Of a stretch of 64,000 nt of DNA, positions 54,306 through 59,720 are shown one piece after another (position 1 is the first letter of the stretch; each line of letters begins with the position of its first letter). This DNA is from a virus (Duplodnaviria; Caudoviricetes), in IMG/VR virus record IMGVR_UViG_2706795722_000001, positions 12,965 through 76,964 of that record. One strand, given 5' to 3'. The translations under genes were made by a program, and so were the position numbers. The notes beneath the pieces were generated by a model, which saw only the letters and a list, made by a program, of their open reading frames with translations, had not been told where the DNA came from and searched no databases.

Positions 54306-54458
54306 CTACTTGCCGAAGATCACGTTCGTGATGTAGGGCACGTTCGCCTCGTGGATCACGCGATCCAGGGCGCGGGCCTCGCGGCGCGTCATCCGGCGCG
54401 TGGAGGCGCCCTTGACCTGCTGGAACTGTCCACGCTGATGCTTGAAGGTCTTGCTCAT
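54306..54458 (-). CDS. Small basic protein (50 aa, not in track)
   Basis: MSKTFKHQRGQFQQVKGASTRRMTRREARALDRVIHEANVPYITNVIFGK*. Strong GC3. Follows a promoter. Confidence 0.65.
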   Translation of the reverse strand: MSKTFKHQRGQFQQVKGASTRRMTRREARALDRVIHEANVPYITNVIFGK

Positions 54459-54509
54459 GATGCACTCATTTCTGTAGTGTTCAGGTGGGCTGGATTACCC
54501 TCTGAATAC

Positions 54510-54539
54510 ACCCTACCACGTATGGTGTACTCAGGTCAA
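54510..54539 (-). promoter_or_regulatory. Sigma-A-type promoter
   Basis: TTGACC-18 nt-(TGG)TAGGGT, overlapped by a 10/11-bp inverted repeat (54502-54512 / 54524-54534). Confidence 0.55.
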
Positions 54540-54546
54540 ACCCAGA

Positions 54547-54771
54547 TTACCTGTTTGCGGTCGCCACGATAGCCCGCATGAGGTTCTCGATCCTAACGAG
54601 GTCGTTTTCGTCGGTGACCTCGTCCGGTCCGTAGCCTAGCGCGATCATGTTCTGACGCGCCATTTCTTCGACGCTTCCACGTTGTTCTGTGGTCAGGTTG
54701 TCACGGATAGCGTACCACGTTCCGCGTGCGGTCGCGTCCACGTTGCCTTCGTACGTCTCGCTCATCATCAC
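54547..54771 (-). CDS. Hypothetical protein (74 aa)
   Basis: GTGA overlap. Tiling. Confidence 0.65.
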   Translation of the reverse strand: MMMSETYEGNVDATARGTWYAIRDNLTTEQRGSVEEMARQNMIALGYGPDEVTDENDLVRIENLMRAIVATANR

Positions 54772-55130
54772 GCACCGGCCTTTGCGGCGGCAACCATGAC
54801 CATGTTGCGGTAGAACTCGGGCACCTCGCGCCGGATGTATCGGGCCGGGTCTAGCGAACGCTTAGCCTCGGCAAGGTATGCCTCCACGCGGGGCGTGTGG
54901 TCGATCTCCACGCGATTCTTGCGAACCGGCGTGTTGCCGTGGTGGATCACGCCCGAAACTCGTCCGGTGTGCGCCGCGATCTTCTCACGCCGCGCCTTGC
55001 GCTGGTCGGCGTCGAGGTCCGCCCAGTTGTCGGGGTTGAATGCCAGTTCACGGTTGAGCTGGATCTGCTGGTATTCGGTGTGATGGATCACGGGTACGGT
55101 ACTGTAGACGCGCTTGCGTGCCTTGGACAT
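54768..55130 (-). CDS. Basic hypothetical protein (120 aa)
   Basis: GAAAGGG RBS after the promoter cassette. Confidence 0.7.
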   Translation of the reverse strand: MSKARKRVYSTVPVIHHTEYQQIQLNRELAFNPDNWADLDADQRKARREKIAAHTGRVSGVIHHGNTPVRKNRVEIDHTPRVEAYLAEAKRSLDPARYIRREVPEFYRNMVMVAAAKAGA

Positions 55131-55163
55131 AACCACGGCCCTTTCGGTGTCGGTTTTGGATCT

Positions 55164-55230
55164 GGTACTAGCGTACCATGACCGCCTACCTACCGCAACT
55201 TTCGTTAGGTAGGCGATCAAAACACGCTAG
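55164..55230 (-). repeat. Hairpin-plus-promoter cassette, copy 1
   Basis: 20-nt GGTACTAGCGTACCATGACC identical to 55600-55619. TTGCGG-17-TACGCT, 8-bp hairpin CCTACCTA/TAGGTAGG, and GATCAAAACaCGCTAG at the upstream stop. Confidence 0.8.
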
Positions 55231-55559
55231 ATATTGCGACCGATGAAATCCATGAAGTGACCCATGATCTCATCCACGTCGAGAATGTGGTCGAGTTCCA
55301 CGGTCTGGGAATCCGGACCGTCGCCGAACCGATCGAGGGAGGTGTTCATCACCATCACGCACGGCTCGGGGAATGTGAGCCGCCACGCGATACCGGTAGC
55401 CGACTTGTTCTCGTAGACCAACGAGTCGCCGGTGAAGGTGATCTCGTCAATCATCGTTTCCACGGTGGCCGCGCGGTAGTCGAGAGTTTCGGCCCCCATG
55501 TGTGTCATGGTTTCGGCGATGATTGCCGCGCGCAATGTCTTGAATTGCGAGTTGTTCAT
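55227..55559 (-). CDS. Hypothetical protein (110 aa)
   Basis: Flanked by the two cassettes. GAAAG RBS. Confidence 0.7.
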   Translation of the reverse strand: MNNSQFKTLRAAIIAETMTHMGAETLDYRAATVETMIDEITFTGDSLVYENKSATGIAWRLTFPEPCVMVMNTSLDRFGDGPDSQTVELDHILDVDEIMGHFMDFIGRNI

Positions 55560-55599
55560 TTGTCACATCTTTCGATTGTGTTGTCACGGTTACCCGTGC

Positions 55600-55658
55600 G
55601 GTACTAGCGTACCATGACCACGGCAAGTTTGTCAACTTGCCGGATCAAAACGCGCTAG
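55600..55658 (-). repeat. Hairpin-plus-promoter cassette, copy 2
   Basis: TTGACA-18-TACGCT-AGTACC. 9-bp hairpin CGGCAAGTT/AACTTGCCG over the -35, and GATCAAAACgCGCTAG at the upstream stop. Confidence 0.8.
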
Positions 55659-55831
55659 GACTGCCACGCCCTACGGAATCCGTAGACGAAATCTTCGTGT
55701 TGCGTAGCACCGAGTTCGTACCAATCCGGTTCGATTCCCATTTTGCGCATACGGTGGGCAAGATTTTCACCCGCCACCATTTGCGTTGCGTCACGAAGTC
55801 CGGAAAGTCCATCTACCGTAGAACGGTACAT
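55655..55831 (-). CDS. Small hypothetical protein (58 aa, not in track)
   Basis: GAAAGGG RBS. MYRSTVDGLSGLRDATQMVAGENLAHRMRKMGIEPDWYELGATQHEDFVYGFRRAWQS*. Confidence 0.65.
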   Translation of the reverse strand: MYRSTVDGLSGLRDATQMVAGENLAHRMRKMGIEPDWYELGATQHEDFVYGFRRAWQS

Positions 55832-55871
55832 TGGTCAACCCTTTCGGTGTTGTATTCGATTGTGTGGTACT

Positions 55872-55900
55872 AGTCTATCACGTTCGATCTAGGTTGTCAA
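55872..55900 (-). promoter_or_regulatory. Sigma-A promoter (early battery)
   Basis: TTGACA-17-TAGACT followed by AGTACC. Confidence 0.75.
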
Positions 55901-55933
55901 CCCGGACCCGGTGCGATTTTCCGTTGTGGTACT

Positions 55934-55962
55934 AGTCTAGCGTAGATCGGGAACTTTGTCAA
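55934..55962 (-). promoter_or_regulatory. Sigma-A promoter (early battery)
   Basis: TTGACA-17-TAGACT followed by AGTACC. Confidence 0.75.
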
Positions 55963-56065
55963 ACCGTTTCGCGCGCCGTGCGGAAACTTTGGTTCGGCTA
56001 ACAATCTAGGGTACTAGGACTAGGTCCGTTCGCGTAGTTCGTGTTCCGTTTTTCGATCTAGGACT

Positions 56066-56094
56066 AGTTAACCATAGATCGGGTACTAGGTCAA
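56066..56094 (-). promoter_or_regulatory. Possible sigma-A promoter (early battery)
   Basis: TTGACC-17-(TGG)TTAACT. Confidence 0.5.
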
Positions 56095-56289
56095 ATCGTG
56101 TCGGGTGATCTTCCCAAGATATGGGACGCGAAATCTAGGCCCGCTAGAACGAACGCTACGGGGCTCGCGTAGGTCTCGGCCTAGTTGTACCGGCGATGCG
56201 GGAACGTTCGGCTACGGGCGATCTAGGCGGGTCTATGTGGAAAGTGCTACGGGGGCGGGTGGCGCGGTGCGCGACTGGATGCCTAGTGA

Positions 56290-56930
56290 AACTAAAGGTT
56301 TTTCTTTGGTTGCATAGTGCAAGCTTTTCTTTAGCTAAAGATAATGATGCATGTGAATGTATAAGCTTAGCTAAGAAAACGGGGTCTAGAAAAAGTCTTT
56401 AGTTTCGGGCACTAAAGATATGGGGGTAGATAGCAAGCGAAACTAAAGACTTATTTTAGGCACGGTAATTACTGTATGTAATAAAGATATTAGATAGCAT
56501 AGTTATACAGGGTAATTGCTCTGTATAATGATATAGTATGGGTAAGTAGTTAGCGAGTGTAATAGATATAGTATGGGTAAGTATATAGCATGAGTAATGA
56601 TAGTAGTATGGATAGCTTATTAGTAAGTGTAATGATGTAGTATGTATGAGTAATGATATACTTAGTATGTGTAATGATATATACTTAGCTATGAGTACTA
56701 ATGATATGTGTATGTATATCTTTAGTATGAGTATCTAAGTATATTGTTATAGTAAGTAATGAGCATAAGTATCAATAGTGTTTCATGTGAAACATACTTA
56801 GTTATGAGTGCTAATGGTATCTAGAAATAATACTTAGTTATGAGTGCTAACGATTCCGGCCAGTCGATAGGCGCGCTAATGAGCGGGGCTAAAAGAAAAG
56901 TCTTTAGTGGCACTAGCTAAAGATATGATT
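56290..56930. repeat. AT-rich, C-poor low-complexity region with internal direct repeats, bracketed by ~43-nt degenerate direct repeats
   Basis: GATATAGTATGGGTAAGTA x2 (56530, 56565), ATACTTAGTTATGAGTGCTAA x2 (56794, 56830), flanking units at 56380-56422 and 56884-56927. Confidence 0.85.
56779..56794. promoter_or_regulatory. parS: Host-chromosome-type parS-like site TGTTTCATGTGAAACA
   Basis: 15/16 match to the conserved bacterial parS palindrome TGTTTCACGTGAAACA. Confidence 0.6.
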
Positions 56931-56939
56931 AGAGAGCGA

Positions 56940-56960
56940 AAGCATCCGTGATGGATGCTT
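56940..56960 (-). terminator. Intrinsic terminator after the 48-aa gene
   Basis: AAGCATCC-GTGAT-GGATGCTT hairpin with a TTTT tract on the minus strand. Confidence 0.65.
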
Positions 56961-56967
56961 CGCGTGG

Positions 56968-57114
56968 CTACTTAGCGTGCTTACCGATGTAGGTCGGGTC
57001 GAAGTAGCGCGGGGACGAGTAGTTCATCTGAGTAATGAGCTTGGTCATGTCCGGATCGTTGGTGTAGCGGCCTGTGAGCTCTACGGTGGTCGTGGTGGCT
57101 TCGTTGTTGTTCAT
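56968..57114 (-). CDS. Leaderless small protein (48 aa, not in track)
   Basis: MNNNEATTTTVELTGRYTNDPDMTKLITQMNYSSPRYFDPTYIGKHAK*. GC3-biased island within AT-rich DNA. ATG at the predicted +1. Confidence 0.7.
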   Translation of the reverse strand: MNNNEATTTTVELTGRYTNDPDMTKLITQMNYSSPRYFDPTYIGKHAK

Positions 57115-57120
57115 AGTTCT

Positions 57121-57149
57121 AGTATAGCAAGTCGTCGGCGAAAGTACAA
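57121..57149 (-). promoter_or_regulatory. Sigma-A promoter for a leaderless transcript
   Basis: TTGTAC-17-TATACT, with 6 nt to the ATG. Confidence 0.7.
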
Positions 57150-57642
57150 CTTTTTAGGTAACAAGTCGATAACGATCTTGTTAGTTGGGTAAAGTGCGCA
57201 AAAAGTCGTAGTGTGGACAACGAATGATTTGACTTTGGAAAGTTCATCTTTTGGCAACGGATCTTTTCGACTGCGGAGTAGCAACACTGAAAGTTGCACT
57301 CACTAACGACTTTTAAGTAGTACGACTAAGCAATGCTTTGCGAAATCAAATCTCGTGTGTGTCTTGACTTTGGGATGTAACTTTGGTAAGGGGGCGGGGC
57401 GATGCGGAGCTCTCTGCTCCGTTGTCAGCACACACAAAATTTTCAGAATACTCTCGAACTAGTACCACAAGTGATATGTACATTGCGAGCATTGTAGTTA
57501 GTGCCGTCCATGTTGTTCCTAGTACCACCCAGGAAAGGATGTAGACTTGATTATTAAGGTTTCTTCGAACAGTGTTCTAATTATAGTTGTTTATAGTATT
57601 ATTATAGTATTTATACCCTTCTACCTGCATATATACCTATAC

Positions 57643-57920
57643 CGTAACCGCGTAACCACTATAACCACACCCCGCACCACCAAACCCGCCTTGTGTATTC
57701 AGGTCTTGCCTCCGCCACCGAGTGTCACTCCCTGGCCGGGGTCATCGAGTCTAATATTCAGCCCCGTCGACTACCCCTAAGTCCCGCCACTTATGTAAGT
57801 ACATCTCGCGTTTTTCCACCGAACGTGGTTACGTGGTTACGATACCCCCAAAAACCACGTTTGACCTGCGGTTTTCGGGGGTTACGAAGGGGTGGTTACG
57901 AGCGGTTACGGGTGGTTACG
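57643..57920. repeat. Iteron-like GGTTACG array
   Basis: GGTTACG at 57827, 57835, 57880, 57894, 57904 and 57914. Inverted CGTAACC at 57643 and 57651. Confidence 0.8.
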
Positions 57921-58061
57921 CCCGGCGCGTTTCCCCAGGATAGCGAGGTTGGGAATACTGGTTTTCGTTCGTATGTTCGATTCTATATTCGTACGCATTG
58001 CCTGGCTCAAAAGAAAACTATAACCATAAATTATTTTTGGTTATGGTTTTCTTGCAAAAGG

Positions 58062-58093
58062 AAGGCCCGGCTAGTTAGTACCAGCCGGGCCTT
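58062..58093 (-). terminator. Terminator of the primase/helicase operon
   Basis: AAGGCCCGGCT-10 nt-AGCCGGGCCTT, followed by CCTTTT on the minus strand. Confidence 0.7.
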
Positions 58094-58115
58094 GTCCTCT
58101 TCGAACGGTGCATAC

Positions 58116-58577
58116 TTACATGTTCGATGTATTGCCGTCGAAACGCACGATCTCCTTGGACCTGTTCAGCACTCGCGGGTACGTCAAACCCTTGCCCGTG
58201 AAGATCTCTTCGATCCTGTGAAACGTCTTGCTGTCGTCGCTGATCAGGTGCGCCAGTAGTGAACCCAATCCCGCAGCTGCCCCGGCGGTCTCGGCGATTG
58301 CGACAGCGGTTGCCATCTTATCGTCTCGATTCTGTATTATTCTGATCCGCACGCTCAGACTCTCGTAGAGCTCGCCGTAGTAGGTCGCCCCCATTTCCAG
58401 CAACGAGAGCATCGACTTGATCCCCGCCGCGAGCTCTTCCTCGCGCGCCGAGGCCATCGACTCCTGGATTAGGCCGTGCGCCTTCGCCAAGAGCTCATAG
58501 CTCTCGCTGTCGCCCGTGGGGATGCTCTCCTGGCAGGCGGCGACCAACCAGTCGAGCGCTTCGTTAGCGTTCTGCAT
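58116..58577 (-). CDS. Hypothetical helical protein (153 aa)
   Basis: GGAGG RBS. Tiling. Confidence 0.7.
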   Translation of the reverse strand: MQNANEALDWLVAACQESIPTGDSESYELLAKAHGLIQESMASAREEELAAGIKSMLSLLEMGATYYGELYESLSVRIRIIQNRDDKMATAVAIAETAGAAAGLGSLLAHLISDDSKTFHRIEEIFTGKGLTYPRVLNRSKEIVRFDGNTSNM

Positions 58578-58878
58578 TCTTGTCCGCCTCCGGTAGCGCC
58601 AAGTAGTTGGCGAGCTTAGCTAGGTCGTCCTGGCAAGTCCTGAGCGCGTGACCGATCGAGCGTGCGCGCACCGAGTGCTCCGTCGGTGCGTTCTCGAGAA
58701 GCTTCTCGAGCGCTCCGGACCCCATCCTGAGCTGGGTCAGGCCAGAGTACATTTCCTCGACCGCCATGATTGCGGTCAGTCGGACGCCCTGCTCGGTGTT
58801 GGGCTCGAAGACGATCTTCGGGCCCTCGTTGGTGCCACCCAGGGGTGTGATACTGGGGATGCTTTCTCCAGGCATCAT
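58564..58878 (-). CDS. Hypothetical protein (104 aa)
   Basis: ATGA overlap. Tiling. Confidence 0.65.
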   Translation of the reverse strand: MMPGESIPSITPLGGTNEGPKIVFEPNTEQGVRLTAIMAVEEMYSGLTQLRMGSGALEKLLENAPTEHSVRARSIGHALRTCQDDLAKLANYLALPEADKNAER

Positions 58879-59201
58879 AGCGCATCGTTTCCGTTCTCGA
58901 GGTAATCGGCGAGCTGTGCGAGGTAGCGACGAGCGTCGCGAATCTCCTGCTGTGCATCCTCGGCGTAGCCGAACGCCGTGGTGTGGGCCTTCTTGGCCCT
59001 GAGCGAAAGCAGGAGCGTGTCCAGCTCGCTGTCGAGCTGCTCGAGAACCGTGTCGACTCCGCTCGAGAACTCGAGGTTGTCACCTCGGGCGTTCGGTCCC
59101 ATGCTCGAGGAGGCGTAGAAGTCGATCTTCGGGCGCGGGGCGCGGTTGAGCTTGGACTCGAACCGCGTGAGCATGAGCTCCATCGTCTTGCTAGGCATCA
59201 T
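58875..59201 (-). CDS. Hypothetical protein (108 aa)
   Basis: Tiling. GC3 bias. Confidence 0.7.
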   Translation of the reverse strand: MMPSKTMELMLTRFESKLNRAPRPKIDFYASSSMGPNARGDNLEFSSGVDTVLEQLDSELDTLLLSLRAKKAHTTAFGYAEDAQQEIRDARRYLAQLADYLENGNDAL

Positions 59202-59445
59202 CGCGCTCCAGGTCCGCGGTGAGCCTGCCGCTGAGCTTGGCGAGCTTGCGGGCCGCGGCGTCCAGGTGCGTCTTCGCCTCGAGCGCCAGAACCGCCGCCG
59301 GGCCGGTGTCCTCGTCGTTGATCTGCGGCATCTCCCGCTCGAGCTCTTCGCGCTCGACCGAGGTGTGGATGTCGTCGCAGTAGCCGGAGAACCGGCGGAT
59401 CTGATCGAGCATCGAGGAGGTGGCGTTCCGGTTATTGATACTCAT
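59191..59445 (-). CDS. Hypothetical coiled-coil protein (84 aa)
   Basis: ATGA overlap. GC3 bias. Confidence 0.7.
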   Translation of the reverse strand: MSINNRNATSSMLDQIRRFSGYCDDIHTSVEREELEREMPQINDEDTGPAAVLALEAKTHLDAAARKLAKLSGRLTADLERDDA

Positions 59446-59720
59446 GCTGCGTTACCTGCTTTCTTGTTTGTCTTCAGGGACAGTTGGTGATCTTTGAGTC
59501 GCATCTCGAGGTATGCATCCTTGATCTCATTCGCCGAGGTTCCGCCGTCGGCACGCTTGCGGTCTCGGAGGTTCTTTGTGCACAAGGGTCCGCGACAGCC
59601 CTTGTTGTAGCCAATCGGCCTGCCGTGGTGATGGGCCGGAAAGGCGGGGTCGCACAGCTCGGCGTCGACTTCTTTGCCAAGGTCGGCGAGCATGGCGTTC
59701 ATGATCTCTTCGATGTTCAT
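59442..59720 (-). CDS. Small protein with HG...GY..GCR...C metal-binding motif (92 aa)
   Basis: HHGRPIGYNKGCRGPLC. ATGA overlaps. Confidence 0.7.
   Translation of the reverse strand: MNIEEIMNAMLADLGKEVDAELCDPAFPAHHHGRPIGYNKGCRGPLCTKNLRDRKRADGGTSANEIKDAYLEMRLKDHQLSLKTNKKAGNAA

Noticed and set aside
55728-55739. GGTTCGATTCCC tRNA T-loop-like motif
   Set aside because: Only 2 of 5 T-stem pairs form, and it lies inside a credible 58-aa minus-strand ORF.
56530-56850. 35-36-nt periodic repeats as a CRISPR array
   Set aside because: Two different repeat sequences with only two copies each, low-complexity spacers, and no cas genes.
57547-57780. Plus-strand 77-aa ORF with GAAAGGA RBS and a hydrophobic stretch
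   Set aside because: The hydrophobicity is explained by AT-rich sequence, codon usage is unlike the phage genes, and it overlaps the iterons. Cannot be fully excluded without Ribo-seq.
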